Assembly (NCBI RefSeq): GCF_001457615.1
Contig: NZ_LN831024.1
Span: 5,820,001 to 5,852,000 of the forward strand
Length of the DNA stretch: 32,000 bases
Source of the DNA: Pseudomonas aeruginosa
Lineage (GTDB): Bacteria; Pseudomonadota; Gammaproteobacteria; Pseudomonadales; Pseudomonadaceae
Direction of reading: 5' to 3'
Of the stretch, positions 18,704-28,897 are shown one piece after another; position 1 is the first letter of the stretch; each line of letters begins with the position of its first letter. The notes beneath the pieces are model-generated. The model was not told the DNA's origin. It searched no databases and saw only the letters and a program-made list of their open reading frames with translations. The position numbers and the translations under genes are program-made.

Positions 18704-19441
18704 TCAGGCCTTGAAGTTGTCGCACAGCGCCTGGGCTTCGGCCACGTCCAGGGTGCCTTCGTAGATCGCCCGGCCGGTGATGGCGCCGATGATCCCCGGG
18801 GTGCGGGCGTCCAGCAGCTTCTGGATGTCGCCGAGATTGTGGATACCGCCGGAGGCGATCACCGGGATCCGCGTGGCATTGGCCAGCGCGGCGGTAGCCT
18901 CGACGTTGCAGCCCTGCATCATGCCGTCCTTGGAGATATCCGTGTAGACGATGGCGGACACCCCGTCGGCCTCGAAGCGACGGGCCAGGTCGATCACCTG
19001 GACTTCGCTGACCTCGGCCCAGCCGTCGGTGGCGACGAAACCGTCCTTGGCATCCAGGCCGACGATGACCTTGCCCGGGAAGGCGCGGCAGGCCTCGCCG
19101 ACGAACTCAGGCTGCTTGACCGCCTTGGTGCCGATGATGACGTAGCTGACGCCGGCGCGAACGTAATGCTCGATGGTTTCCAGCGAGCGGATGCCGCCAC
19201 CGATCTGGATCGGCAGGTCCGGGTAGCGACGGGCGATGGCGGTGACCACCTCGCCGTTGACCGGCTTGCCTTCGAAAGCGCCGTTCAGGTCCACCAGGTG
19301 CAGGCGGCGGCAACCGCCATCGACCCATTTGGCGGCCATCGCCACCGGATCGTCGGAGAAGACCGTGGCGTCTTCCATCAGGCCCTGGCGCAGACGCACG
19401 CAGGCGCCGTCTTTCAAGTCGATCGCGGGAATGATCAGCAT
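18704..19441 (-). CDS. hisA: Phosphoribosylformimino-5-aminoimidazole carboxamide ribotide isomerase HisA
   Basis: 245 aa; [48 protein letters not shown]. Confidence 0.96.
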   Translation of the reverse strand: MLIIPAIDLKDGACVRLRQGLMEDATVFSDDPVAMAAKWVDGGCRRLHLVDLNGAFEGKPVNGEVVTAIARRYPDLPIQIGGGIRSLETIEHYVRAGVSYVIIGTKAVKQPEFVGEACRAFPGKVIVGLDAKDGFVATDGWAEVSEVQVIDLARRFEADGVSAIVYTDISKDGMMQGCNVEATAALANATRIPVIASGGIHNLGDIQKLLDARTPGIIGAITGRAIYEGTLDVAEAQALCDNFKA

Positions 19442-19489
19442 CGGTGAACCCTGTTCAAGTCTGTATTCGGTGGGCAGGCGCGCGGAAAC

Positions 19490-19750
19490 TCAACTCTTTT
19501 CCAGCGCCCAGACATCGCTCTCGATGCTTTCGAACCGTTCCTTCAGGTACGACTGCACGTCGAGGATGGCCTTGTTGTAGAAGTACGGGGCGAACTCGCG
19601 GGCGAAGAAATCGAGCAGTTCCTCGGCTTCGAAGGAGCCCAGCTCCAGTTCGAAGCGGTCCTCCATGAAGCGCTTGATCGCCAGTGCCGCGTCCTGGGTC
19701 TGCGCGGCGTCCAGCTGGAGGATCGGCGTCTTGCTCTTCGCCCTGGCCAT
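19490..19750 (-). CDS. DUF2164-like small protein embedded in the his cluster
   Basis: 86 aa; LQLDAAQTQDAALAIKRFMEDRFELELGSFEAEELLDFFAREFAPYFYNKAILDVQSYLKERF. Confidence 0.8.
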   Translation of the reverse strand: MARAKSKTPILQLDAAQTQDAALAIKRFMEDRFELELGSFEAEELLDFFAREFAPYFYNKAILDVQSYLKERFESIESDVWALEKS

Positions 19751-19753
19751 GGC

Positions 19754-20392
19754 CTACCAGCGCCCGTCCCAGGCCACGAAGTTCTGCAGCAGTTGCAGGC
19801 CGTGGGTATGGCTCTTTTCCGGGTGGAACTGCACGGCGAAACGCGAGCCTTCGGCCAGCGCGGCGGCGAAATCGACGCCGTAGTGCCCGTGCCCCACCAC
19901 CTGGCGCGGATTGCCGGCCTCGATGTAGTAGCTGTGCACGAAGTAGAAGCGCGCCTGGTCGGGAATCTCGTGCCACAGCGGGTGCTCCACCGCCTGGCTC
20001 ACCTGGTTCCAGCCCATGTGCGGCACCTTCAGGTGCTCGCCGGCTTCGTGCAGGTCCTTGCCGAAGAAGCGCACCTGGCCGGGGAACAGACCGATGCAGT
20101 CGACCCCGTCGTTCTCCTCGCTGCGCTCCAGCAATGCCTGCATGCCGACGCAGATGCCGAGGAACGGGCGGTCCTGGCTGACCTCGCGGACCAGGGCGTC
20201 GAAGCCCAGGCGGCGGATCTCGGCCATGCAGTCGCGGATCGCGCCGACCCCGGGGAACACCACCCGGTCGGCCTCGCGGATCACCGCCGCGTCGCTGCTA
20301 ACCAGCACCCGGCCGGCACCGACGTGCTCGAGGGCCTTGGCCACCGAGTGCAGGTTGCCCATGCCGTAGTCGATCACGGCTACCGTCTGCAT
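19754..20392 (-). CDS. hisH: Imidazole glycerol phosphate synthase glutaminase subunit HisH
   Basis: [25 protein letters not shown]; [11 protein letters not shown]; VQFHPEKSH. Start overlaps the hisB stop. Confidence 0.95.
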   Translation of the reverse strand: MQTVAVIDYGMGNLHSVAKALEHVGAGRVLVSSDAAVIREADRVVFPGVGAIRDCMAEIRRLGFDALVREVSQDRPFLGICVGMQALLERSEENDGVDCIGLFPGQVRFFGKDLHEAGEHLKVPHMGWNQVSQAVEHPLWHEIPDQARFYFVHSYYIEAGNPRQVVGHGHYGVDFAAALAEGSRFAVQFHPEKSHTHGLQLLQNFVAWDGRW

Positions 20393-20985
20393 CACAGGCA
20401 CCCTTTGGTCGACGGCATCTGCCCGGCCATCCGCTCGTCCAGCTCGATGGCCATGCGCAACGCGCGGCCGAAGGCCTTGAACACGGTCTCGATCTGGTGG
20501 TGGGTGTTGTGCCCGCGCAGGTTGTCGATGTGCAGGGTCACCTGGGCGTGGTTGACGAAGCCCTGGAAGAACTCCATGAACAGGTCGACGTCGAAGCCGC
20601 CGACGCTGGCACGGGTAAAGGGTACGTGCATCTGCAGGCCGGGCCGCCCGGAGAAGTCGATGACCACCCGCGACAGCGCCTCATCGAGGGGCACGTAGGC
20701 GTGGCCGTAGCGGCGGATGCCCTTCTTGTCGCCGATGGCCTTGGCGAAGGCCTGGCCGAGGGTGATGCCGATGTCCTCGACGGTGTGGTGATCGTCGATA
20801 TGCAGGTCGCCCTTGCACTCGATGTCCAGGTCGATCAGGCCGTGGCGGGCGATCTGGTCCATCATGTGGTCAAGGAAGGGAACCCCGGTATCGAACCGGG
20901 CCTTGCCGGTCCCATCCAGGTCGATGGAGACCTTGATCTGGGTCTCCAGGGTGTCGCGCGCGACGGATGCCTTGCGTTCGGCCAT
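20392..20985 (-). CDS. hisB: Imidazoleglycerol-phosphate dehydratase HisB (monofunctional)
   Basis: [27 protein letters not shown]...[38 protein letters not shown]; no HAD phosphatase domain. Confidence 0.95.
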   Translation of the reverse strand: MAERKASVARDTLETQIKVSIDLDGTGKARFDTGVPFLDHMMDQIARHGLIDLDIECKGDLHIDDHHTVEDIGITLGQAFAKAIGDKKGIRRYGHAYVPLDEALSRVVIDFSGRPGLQMHVPFTRASVGGFDVDLFMEFFQGFVNHAQVTLHIDNLRGHNTHHQIETVFKAFGRALRMAIELDERMAGQMPSTKGCL

Positions 20986-21014
20986 CACCAGCTCCACAGC
21001 TAACACTGCACGTA

Positions 21015-21037
21015 ATTATAAGAGGGCCAGCATTATA
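21015..21037 (-). promoter_or_regulatory. Two candidate -10 hexamers upstream of hisB
   Basis: On the minus strand two perfect TATAAT hexamers (21032-21037 and 21015-21020), 17 nt apart; -35 elements are poor. Confidence 0.4.
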
Positions 21038-21145
21038 GGCAGGCCCGGGCTGGCGCTGCCAGCCGCGACCGTCGGCGCGAATCGCCCCACGGGCGGCGGG
21101 CCAGGCCTTACACTGCGCTCCTTTCATCCCGCCGCGGAGAGCCGC

Positions 21146-21544
21146 ATGCCCGTGATCGTCGAAACCCTCGCCCAACCCAGCGCCCAGGATCGCCTGGACC
21201 TGGCGAAGATCTACGCCGACGCGCCGGACTGGCTGTTCGCCCCGCATGCCGACGGCGCGGCGCTGGTCGCGGCCGGGCTGGCCGCCGGCGAGCTGATCGC
21301 CGGGCGCTTCAACGACCGCCTGCTGGGTGCCGCCCTGCTGCGGCGCGGCGACGACGCCTGGCAGCTGTCGCACCTTTGCGTGCGCGGCATCACCCGCGGC
21401 CGCGGGGTCGGCCGACGCCTCCTCGACGAGGCCCGGCGCCTGGCTGCCGAAGCCGGCAAGCCGCTGCGCCTGGTCGCCCCGGACGGGCACCTGGAGGCCC
21501 GTGCCCTCGCGGCACGCCACGGGCTGCCGCTGGACAGCCTCTGA
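21146..21544 (+). CDS. GNAT acetyltransferase, PanZ/PanM-like
   Basis: 132 aa; AQDRLDLAKIY...GELIAGRFNDRLLGAALL...LSHLCVRGITRGRGVGRRLLDEARRLA resembles E. coli PanZ (FSDQDRIDLQKIW...YAARFNERLLAAVRV...LRVREVTRRRGVGQYLLEE). Confidence 0.75.
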   Translation: MPVIVETLAQPSAQDRLDLAKIYADAPDWLFAPHADGAALVAAGLAAGELIAGRFNDRLLGAALLRRGDDAWQLSHLCVRGITRGRGVGRRLLDEARRLAAEAGKPLRLVAPDGHLEARALAARHGLPLDSL

Positions 21545-21580
21545 TATGCTCGGTGGCGGTCCCCGCCACGGAGCTTCGCC

Positions 21581-21817
21581 ATGTCCTTTTCCTCCGCCGA
21601 ACGCGCCGCCCTGCTTGCCCTCAAGGGGGTCGGCCCGACCGTGCTGCAACGCCTGGAGCAGATGGGCCTTGACAGCTTCGTCCGGCTGCGCGACTGCGAC
21701 GCCGCGAGTATCCTCGCCCAGGGCGCGGCCCTGACCGGCTCCAGTTGCTGGAAGAACAGCCCGCAGGCGCGGGCAGCGATCGTCGCCGTGCTGCAGCGCG
21801 CAGCCAGCGACGTATGA
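21581..21817 (+). CDS. Small helix-hairpin-helix protein
   Basis: 78 aa; LLALKGVGPTVLQRLEQMGLDSFVRLRDCDAASI. Confidence 0.75.
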   Translation: MSFSSAERAALLALKGVGPTVLQRLEQMGLDSFVRLRDCDAASILAQGAALTGSSCWKNSPQARAAIVAVLQRAASDV

Positions 21818-22920
21818 ACGACGTCGACGTACTGGTAGTCGGCGCCGGCGCCCTCGGCCTGGCCTGCGCCGCGCGCCTGGCCGAAGCCGGCCACGGCGTA
21901 CTGGTGGCGGAGCGCGAACGGCTGGTCGGTAGCCACACCTCCAGTCGCAATTCCGAAGTGATCCACGCCGGCCTCTACTACCCGTCCGGCTCGCTCAAGG
22001 CCGATCTCTGCCTGGAAGGCCGCGAACGCCTGTACGCCTGGTGCGCCCGCCACGGCGTCGGCCACCGGCGCATCGGCAAGCTGCTGGTGGCGGTGGAGGA
22101 AAACGAGCGCGAGAGGCTCCAGGCCCTGGCGGCCAACGCACGCGCCTGCGGGGTCGACGACCTGATGCCGCTGGACGGCACCACGCTGCGCGCGCTGGAG
22201 CCCCAGGTCCGCGGGGTCGCCGCCCTGCTCTCGCCGAGCACGGGAATCATCGACAGCCACGCCTACCTGCAATCGCTGCAGGCCGTCGCCGAACGCCACG
22301 GCGCACAACTGGCGCTGGACACCCGGGTCGACCGCCTGGAGCGCCACGCCGGCGGCTGGCGCGCCGAAGGACAGAGCGTCGGCGAAGCGTTCCGGTTGCG
22401 CGCGGGCTGGGTGGTCAATGCCGGCGGCCTGTTCGCCCAGGCGCTGGCGCAACGCACCGAAGGCCTCGATCCGCGCCTGGTGCCGGCGCTGCACCTGTGC
22501 CAGGGGCGCTATTTCTCCTACAGCGGCCGCTCGCCGTTCCGCCACCTGGTCTACCCGATGCCCGAGGCGCGCACCACCGGGCTCGGCATCCACGCCACCC
22601 TCGACCTCGGCGGCCAGTTGCGCTTCGGTCCCGACGTGAATTACGTGGACAACCTCGACTACCGCGTCGACGAATCCCTCGGCCCCGCCTTCGCCCAGGC
22701 CATCTCGCGCTACTTCCCCGGCATCGACCCTCGGCGCCTGGCCGCCGGCTACGCCGGCATCCGGCCCAAGCTCGGCGGGCCGGGGGAACCCGCCGCCGAC
22801 TTCATCATCCAAACCCCTGCCGAACACGGCCTGCCCGGCCTGGTCAACCTGTTCGGCATCGAGTCGCCCGGCCTCACCGCCAGCCTGGCGCTCGCCGAAC
22901 GGGTCGCCCGCGCACTCTGA
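21814..22920 (+). CDS. FAD-dependent oxidoreductase (DAO / L-2-hydroxyglutarate dehydrogenase-like)
   Basis: MNDVDVLVVGAGALGLACAARLAEAGHGVLVAERE; GVGHRRIGKLLVAVEE; C-terminal FGIESPGLTASLALAERVA; ATGA overlap with the HhH gene. Confidence 0.88.
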   Translation: MNDVDVLVVGAGALGLACAARLAEAGHGVLVAERERLVGSHTSSRNSEVIHAGLYYPSGSLKADLCLEGRERLYAWCARHGVGHRRIGKLLVAVEENERERLQALAANARACGVDDLMPLDGTTLRALEPQVRGVAALLSPSTGIIDSHAYLQSLQAVAERHGAQLALDTRVDRLERHAGGWRAEGQSVGEAFRLRAGWVVNAGGLFAQALAQRTEGLDPRLVPALHLCQGRYFSYSGRSPFRHLVYPMPEARTTGLGIHATLDLGGQLRFGPDVNYVDNLDYRVDESLGPAFAQAISRYFPGIDPRRLAAGYAGIRPKLGGPGEPAADFIIQTPAEHGLPGLVNLFGIESPGLTASLALAERVARAL

Positions 22921-23013
22921 GACGAGGTTTCGCCGCGCGCAGGGTCGGCCTGGCAAAACGGCGTTGTTATACTCGCCCGCACATTCACCGCTGCCAGCAC
23001 AAAGGATTCGTCC

Positions 23014-25266
23014 ATGAAAGCATTCGGCAAGGTCCTGGGGCTGTTCTTCCTGGGACTCTTACTGCTCGTCGTGGCCCTGGGCTTCGCCCTGACCCACCTG
23101 TTCGATCCCAATGACTACAAGGACGAAATCCGCCAGATCGCCCGCGACAAGGCCAACCTGGAGCTGGACCTGAAGGGCGACATCGGCTGGAGCCTGTTCC
23201 CCTGGCTGGGCCTGGAGCTGCACGACACCAGCATCGCCAGCGCCGCCACGCCGACCAAGCCGTTCGCCGACCTGCAGATGCTCGGCCTGTCGGTGCGGGT
23301 CCTGCCGCTGCTGCGCAAGGACGTGCAGATGAGCGCGATCCGCGTCGAAGGCCTGAGCCTGGACCTGGTCCGCGACAAGCAGGGCAAGGGCAACTGGGAA
23401 AACATCGGCAAGCCGGCCCAGCCCCAGGCCCCGTCCGCTCCTTCCGCCACCCCGCCGGCAGCGGACGGCAAGGGCGCCCAGGCGCAGGCACCCGAGCAGG
23501 CGCCGCAGAACGACAGCCCGCGCACCCCGATCAAGCTCGACATCGACAGCCTCAACGTCAACAACGCCCGCGTCACCTACACCGACGAAGCCAGCGGCAA
23601 GCAGTACAACGTCGAGGGCATCGAGCTGAGTACCGGCGCCATTCGCGAAGGCAGCAGCATTCCGCTGAAGCTCAACGCCTACCTCGGCACCAACCAGCCG
23701 GTGGTGCGGGTCAAGACCGAGCTGACCGGCAACCTGCGCTTCGACACCGCGCTCAGACGCTACCAACTGGAAGACGCCAGGCTCTCCGGCGAGGCCTCGG
23801 GCGAGCCGCTGCAAGGCAAGACCGCCACCTTCTCCGCCCAGGGCCAGTTGCTGCTCGACCAGTCGGCGCAGATCGCCGAGTGGAACGGCCTGAAGCTGAG
23901 CGTCAACCAGTTGCGCGCCCTCGGCGAACTGAAGGCCCGCGAGCTGGACAAGGACGCCAAATTCAGCGGCGGCCTGTCGATCGCGCCGATGAACCTGCGC
24001 GAGTTCCTCGCCGGCATCGGTGTGACCCTGCCGGCCATGGCCGACGCCAACACCCTCGGCAAGTTCGAGCTGAACACCCGCCTGGCCGGCAGCCGCAACA
24101 GCCTGAATCTCGAAGACCTCAAGCTGGGCCTGGACGACACCGCCTTCAGCGGCCGCTTCGGCATCGCCGATTTCGCCAGGCAATCGCTGCGCGCCCAGCT
24201 CAAGGGCGACAAGCTCGACCTCGACCGCTACCTGCCGGCCAAGGCCAAGCAGGCCCAGGATGCCGCCAGCGCCACGCGCAAGGCGGAAGTCGACGCCACC
24301 GTGGCCAGTGCCGCCCAGGGCAACACGCCGCTACCGGAAAAACCGACCAGGCAGGCCTGGAGCGACGCGCCGCTGCTGCCCATCGCGACCCTGCGCAAGC
24401 TCGACCTGGACGTGGCGCTGAACTTCGGCCGGCTGACCGTCGAGAAGCTGCCGATCGACGACGCCAGCCTGAAGCTGCGCGGCCAGGGCGGCGTGATCAG
24501 CCTCGACGACATGCGCGGCGGGCTGTACAACGGCCGCTTCAACGCCAAGGCCAACCTCGATGTACGCCAGGACAGCGCCGTGCTGACCGCCACCAAGCAC
24601 ATCGCCAACGTACCGGTGGAGCGCCTGCTCGAAGCCCAGGGCAAGAAACCGCCGGTGAAGGGGCTGCTCGACCTCGATGCCGACATCCGCACCAGCGGCA
24701 ACAGCGAGAAATCCTGGATCGACCATCTCAACGGCAACGCACGCTTCAGCCTGATCAACGGCGTGCTGCCCGACGCCAACCTGGAGCAACAGCTCTGCCA
24801 GGGCATCGCTACCCTCAACCGCAAGGCCCTTGCCGGTACTCACGGCGGCAAGGACACGCCTTTCCGCGAGCTCAAGGGCAGCCTGAACTTCACCAACGGC
24901 GTGGCCAGCAACCCTGACCTGAAAGTGGCCATTCCCGGCCTGGCGGTCAGCGGCCACGGCGATATCGACCTGCGCGTGCTGGGCATGGACTATCGCATCG
25001 GCGTGGAGATCCAGGGCGACAAGAGCGACATGCCGGACCCGGCCTGCCAGGTCAACCAGCGCTACGCCGGCATCGAATGGCCGCTGCTCTGCCGCGGCCC
25101 GCTGGAACTCGGCGCCAAGGCCTGCCGCCTGGACAAGGAAGGCCTGGGCAAGGTCGCCGCGAAACTGGCCGGCAATCGCCTCAACGAAAAACTCGAAGAG
25201 AAGCTCGGCGACAAGGTCAGTCCGGAGCTGAAAGACGCACTCAAAGGGCTGTTCAACCGCAAATGA
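23014..25266 (+). CDS. asmA: AsmA family inner-membrane-anchored protein
   Basis: 750 aa; N-terminal TM segment, [25 protein letters not shown]-terminal [20 protein letters not shown]. Confidence 0.88.
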   Translation: MKAFGKVLGLFFLGLLLLVVALGFALTHLFDPNDYKDEIRQIARDKANLELDLKGDIGWSLFPWLGLELHDTSIASAATPTKPFADLQMLGLSVRVLPLLRKDVQMSAIRVEGLSLDLVRDKQGKGNWENIGKPAQPQAPSAPSATPPAADGKGAQAQAPEQAPQNDSPRTPIKLDIDSLNVNNARVTYTDEASGKQYNVEGIELSTGAIREGSSIPLKLNAYLGTNQPVVRVKTELTGNLRFDTALRRYQLEDARLSGEASGEPLQGKTATFSAQGQLLLDQSAQIAEWNGLKLSVNQLRALGELKARELDKDAKFSGGLSIAPMNLREFLAGIGVTLPAMADANTLGKFELNTRLAGSRNSLNLEDLKLGLDDTAFSGRFGIADFARQSLRAQLKGDKLDLDRYLPAKAKQAQDAASATRKAEVDATVASAAQGNTPLPEKPTRQAWSDAPLLPIATLRKLDLDVALNFGRLTVEKLPIDDASLKLRGQGGVISLDDMRGGLYNGRFNAKANLDVRQDSAVLTATKHIANVPVERLLEAQGKKPPVKGLLDLDADIRTSGNSEKSWIDHLNGNARFSLINGVLPDANLEQQLCQGIATLNRKALAGTHGGKDTPFRELKGSLNFTNGVASNPDLKVAIPGLAVSGHGDIDLRVLGMDYRIGVEIQGDKSDMPDPACQVNQRYAGIEWPLLCRGPLELGAKACRLDKEGLGKVAAKLAGNRLNEKLEEKLGDKVSPELKDALKGLFNRK

Positions 25267-26330
25267 CACCTGAAGGCTTCAACGGCGCGGTCCTCGACTG
25301 GTACGACCGTCACGGTCGCAAGGATCTGCCCTGGCAGCAGGGCATCACCCCCTACCGGGTGTGGGTCTCGGAAATCATGCTGCAGCAGACCCAGGTCAGC
25401 ACCGTGCTCGGTTACTTCGACCGTTTCATGGCAGCGTTGCCCGACGTCGAGGCACTGGCCGCGGCGGCCGAGGACGAAGTCCTGCACCTGTGGACCGGGC
25501 TCGGCTACTACAGCCGTGCGCGCAACCTGCACAAGACCGCGCAGATCGTGGTCGAGCGGCATGCAGGGGAGTTCCCCCGCGACGTCGAGCAACTCGCCGA
25601 ACTGCCCGGCATCGGCCGCTCCACCGCTGGAGCCATCGCCAGCCTGTCGATGGGCCTGCGCGCACCGATCCTCGACGGCAACGTCAAGCGCGTACTGGCG
25701 CGCTACCTGGCGCAGGACGGCTATCCTGGCGAACCGAAGGTGGCCAGGGCGCTGTGGGAAGCCGCCGAACGCTTCACCCCGCACGCACGGGTCAACCACT
25801 ACACCCAGGCGATGATGGACCTCGGCGCCACCCTCTGCACGCGCAGCAAGCCCAGTTGCCTGCTTTGCCCGCTGGTCTCCGGCTGCCGCGCGCACCTGCT
25901 CGGCCGCGAAGCCGATTATCCGCAGCCCAAGCCGCGCAAGGCGTTGCCACAGAAGCGCACGCTGATGCCGATCCTGGCCAACCGCGACGGCGCCATACTG
26001 CTCTACCGGCGGCCTTCCAGCGGACTCTGGGGCGGGCTCTGGAGCCTCCCCGAACTGGACGACCTCGACGGCCTCGAACCGCTCGCCGCGCGCCATTCCC
26101 TGGCCCTCGGCGAGCGCCGCGAACTGAGCGGCCTGACCCATACCTTCAGTCATTTCCAGCTCGCCATCGAGCCCTGGCTGGTGGCGGTGGAAGGCGCTCC
26201 GCGCGCCGTGGCCGAGGGCGACTGGCTCTGGTATAACCTCGCCACCCCGCCGCGCCTGGGCCTCGCCGCTCCGGTGAAGAAGCTGCTCAAGCGCGCAGAA
26301 CAGGAACTCGGACGCGGCACGACCGCGTGA
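25263..26330 (+). CDS. mutY: A/G-specific adenine glycosylase MutY
   Basis: ATG overlaps the asmA stop; [47 protein letters not shown], 4Fe-4S loop [17 protein letters not shown]. Confidence 0.96.
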   Translation: MTPEGFNGAVLDWYDRHGRKDLPWQQGITPYRVWVSEIMLQQTQVSTVLGYFDRFMAALPDVEALAAAAEDEVLHLWTGLGYYSRARNLHKTAQIVVERHAGEFPRDVEQLAELPGIGRSTAGAIASLSMGLRAPILDGNVKRVLARYLAQDGYPGEPKVARALWEAAERFTPHARVNHYTQAMMDLGATLCTRSKPSCLLCPLVSGCRAHLLGREADYPQPKPRKALPQKRTLMPILANRDGAILLYRRPSSGLWGGLWSLPELDDLDGLEPLAARHSLALGERRELSGLTHTFSHFQLAIEPWLVAVEGAPRAVAEGDWLWYNLATPPRLGLAAPVKKLLKRAEQELGRGTTA

Positions 26331-26373
26331 ATGCCGGGCCCGCGGGCCCGGCGGCAACTGCAGGAGAACGACC

Positions 26374-26646
26374 ATGAGCCGCACCGTGATGTGCCGCAAG
26401 TACCACGAAGAGCTGCCCGGCCTCGACCGCCCGCCGTATCCTGGCGCGAAGGGCGAGGACATCTACAACAACGTGTCGCGCAAGGCCTGGGACGAGTGGC
26501 AGAAGCACCAGACCATGCTGATCAACGAGCGTCGCCTGAACATGATGAACGCCGAGGACCGCAAGTTCCTCCAGCAGGAGATGGACAAGTTCCTCTCCGG
26601 CGAGGACTACGCCAAGGCCGACGGCTACGTGCCGCCATCCGCCTGA
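26374..26646 (+). CDS. yggX: Oxidative damage protection protein / Fe-S trafficking protein YggX
   Basis: 90 aa; [52 protein letters not shown]. Confidence 0.95.
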   Translation: MSRTVMCRKYHEELPGLDRPPYPGAKGEDIYNNVSRKAWDEWQKHQTMLINERRLNMMNAEDRKFLQQEMDKFLSGEDYAKADGYVPPSA

Positions 26647-26673
26647 CCCCCACCCCGCCCGACGGAGGCCGCC

Positions 26674-27756
26674 ATGACCCCATCCCTCTCTGGCCTGCCT
26701 CCGATCCGCACCGCGCTGATCGGCTACGGCTTCGCCGGCAAGACCTTCCACGCCCCGCTGATCCGCGCGGTACCGGCGTTGTGCCTGGAGCACGTGGTCT
26801 CCCGCGACCCTGGGCGGGTGCACGCCGACCTGCCCGAAGCCCGGGTCAGCGCCGATCCGGATGAGGCCATCGAGGCCGCCGACATCGACCTGGTGGTCAT
26901 CGCCTCGCCCAATGCCACCCACGCCAGCCTCGCCGAACGGGCCTTGCGCGCCGGCAAGCACGTGGTGGTGGACAAGCCGTTCACCGTCACCCTGGCCGAA
27001 GCCCGGCGCCTCGCCGACCTCGCCCGTGAACGGCCTGGGCAGGTCCTCTCGGTGTTCCAGAACCGGCGCTTCGACAGCGACTTCCTCGCCGTGGAGGCCG
27101 CCCTGCAGGCCGGCAGCATCGGCCCGGTGCGCTACTTCGAGTCGGCCATCGAGCGCTTCCGTCCGCAGGTCCGCGACCGCTGGCGCGAACACGACCTGCC
27201 CGGCTCCGGGCTGTGGTTCGACCTCGGCCCGCACCTGCTCGACCAGGCACTGTGCCTGTTCGGCGTACCGCAGCGTGTGCACGGACACCTGCGCCGGCTG
27301 CGCGAGGGCGCGCTGACCGACGACTGGTTCGAGGTCCTGCTCGATTATCCGCACTGCCAGGTAGCGCTGCGCGCCAGCATGCTCGCCGCCAATCCGGCGC
27401 CACGCTTCAATGTGCACGGCGACCACGGCAGCCTGCTCAAGGCCGGCGCCGACATCCAGGAAGCGCAACTGCTCCAGGGACTGCACCCCGGTTCCGCCGG
27501 CTGGGGCCGCGATCCCGACCTGCTGCAGCACATCGATGGCCAGGGCCTGCGCCAGTCGCTGGTCACCCCGGCCGGCGACCAGAGCCGCTACTACCAGGCG
27601 CTGGCCGCCGCCATCCGCGGCCAGTCGCGCAACCCGGTGTCGGCGCAACAGGCCTGCGCGCTGATGGCCCTGCTGGAGTTGGCACGACGCTCCGCCGAGG
27701 AAGGCCGGAGCCTGCCGGTGGAGCTGCGCGACGAGGAACGCCAGGCCTGGAACTGA
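26674..27756 (+). CDS. Gfo/Idh/MocA family oxidoreductase
   Basis: 360 aa; IRTALIGYGFAGKTFHAPLIRAVP, VVVDKPFTVTLAEARRL, GLWFDLGPHLLDQALCLFG. Confidence 0.9.
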   Translation: MTPSLSGLPPIRTALIGYGFAGKTFHAPLIRAVPALCLEHVVSRDPGRVHADLPEARVSADPDEAIEAADIDLVVIASPNATHASLAERALRAGKHVVVDKPFTVTLAEARRLADLARERPGQVLSVFQNRRFDSDFLAVEAALQAGSIGPVRYFESAIERFRPQVRDRWREHDLPGSGLWFDLGPHLLDQALCLFGVPQRVHGHLRRLREGALTDDWFEVLLDYPHCQVALRASMLAANPAPRFNVHGDHGSLLKAGADIQEAQLLQGLHPGSAGWGRDPDLLQHIDGQGLRQSLVTPAGDQSRYYQALAAAIRGQSRNPVSAQQACALMALLELARRSAEEGRSLPVELRDEERQAWN

Positions 27757-27829
27757 GGCCCGGCAGTCCGGCGGAAACCGCGAGGGGATCGTAAGGCGTT
27801 AAAAAACAAAAAAAATTTCTTCGCCGGTG

Positions 27830-27858
27830 TTGACACTGCCGCGCTAAACCCGTTTAAT
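27830..27858 (+). promoter_or_regulatory. Sigma-70 promoter of tRNA-Phe
   Basis: TTGACA (27830-27835), 17-bp spacer, TTTAAT (27853-27858), preceded by an A-rich stretch that could be an UP element. Confidence 0.8.
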
Positions 27859-27869
27859 TGCGCCCCGTT

Positions 27870-27945
27870 GCCCAGGTAGCTCAGTTGGTAGAGCAGGGGA
27901 TTGAAAATCCCCGTGTCGGCGGTTCGATTCCGTCCCTGGGCACCA
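27870..27945 (+). tRNA. tRNA-Phe (anticodon GAA)
   Basis: 76-nt cloverleaf GCCCAGG...anticodon loop TTGAAAA...GGTTCGATTCC...CCTGGGCACCA; encoded CCA. Confidence 0.96.
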
Positions 27946-27956
27946 TGAATACGACG

Positions 27957-27985
27957 AAAAGGCTCACCTCCGGGTGGGCCTTTTT
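27957..27985. terminator. Intrinsic terminator between tRNA-Phe and the convergent SDR gene
   Basis: AAAAGGCTCACC-TCCG-GGTGGGCCTTTTT. Confidence 0.85.
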
Positions 27986-28001
27986 GCTTTCCGCCGTTCG
28001 C

Positions 28002-28781
28002 CTAGACGTGCTGCCCGCCGTTGACGTGGATTTCCGCGCCATTCACGTAGGATGCGCCGCTGGTGCAGAGGAAGTAGATCAGCGAAGCGATCTCCTCCGG
28101 CCGGCCGAGGCGGTGCAGCGGGATGCTGCGCTCGACGATCTCCTCGGTGCCCGGCGACAGGATCGAGGTGTCGATCTCCCCCGGCGCGATGGCGTTCACC
28201 CGCACCCCATGCGGGCCGAAGTCGTGGGCCATCTCGCGGGTCAGCGCGGACAACGCCGCCTTGGAAGTGGCGTAGGCCACCCCGGCGAACGGATGCACCT
28301 TCGAGCCGGCGATGGAGGTCACGTTGATCACCGTTCCCTGCGCCGCCTTCAGCTCGGCGAACAGGCCGCGCGCCAGCAGCGCGGTGGAGAACAGGTTGAC
28401 GTTGAACACCCGCAGCCAGGTGGCGTAGTCGGTTTCCAGCACACCGAGGCGCTCGCCGCCTTCGCCCTTGGGCGAGATGCCGGCATTGTCCACCAGCGCG
28501 TGGAGCCGGCCGTCGCCAAGCTTCTCGCGGATCAGTTCCAGGCTGGCCTCGACGCCGGGAATGTCCTCCAGGTCCAGATGGATGTGGTTTTCCTCGCCGT
28601 CCGCCCAGGGACATTCGCTGGCCCAGCTCTGCCGCGACGCGGTGAACACCCGCCAACCCGCGGCATTGAAGTACTTCACCGTGGCATGCCCGATACCGCG
28701 GCTCGCCCCGGTCAGCAACAGGGTCTTTCTCTCCGCCATACGCCCTCCGTGAAGGCCTGCTGGAATGAACGCGACTCGCAC
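28002..28781 (-). CDS. Short-chain dehydrogenase/reductase
   Basis: 259 aa; LLTGASRGIGHATVKYF, NNAG-type VDNAGISPKG, YATSKAALSALTREMA. Confidence 0.9.
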   Translation of the reverse strand: MRVAFIPAGLHGGRMAERKTLLLTGASRGIGHATVKYFNAAGWRVFTASRQSWASECPWADGEENHIHLDLEDIPGVEASLELIREKLGDGRLHALVDNAGISPKGEGGERLGVLETDYATWLRVFNVNLFSTALLARGLFAELKAAQGTVINVTSIAGSKVHPFAGVAYATSKAALSALTREMAHDFGPHGVRVNAIAPGEIDTSILSPGTEEIVERSIPLHRLGRPEEIASLIYFLCTSGASYVNGAEIHVNGGQHV

Positions 28782-28897
28782 AGCCTACAAGGAATGACGA
28801 ATCGCCGCGGCGGATCTTTCGCCCATCCCGGCGAACGGCCGAGCGTGAGCCAGGCAGTGCCGATAGACTAGGCGGACCTTGTCCGGACCCCCGATCG

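Noticed and set aside
21211-22956. 581-aa minus-strand ORF opposite the acetyltransferase, HhH and FAD oxidoreductase genes
   Set aside because: Spans three real genes and lacks recognisable motifs; GC-driven spurious ORF.
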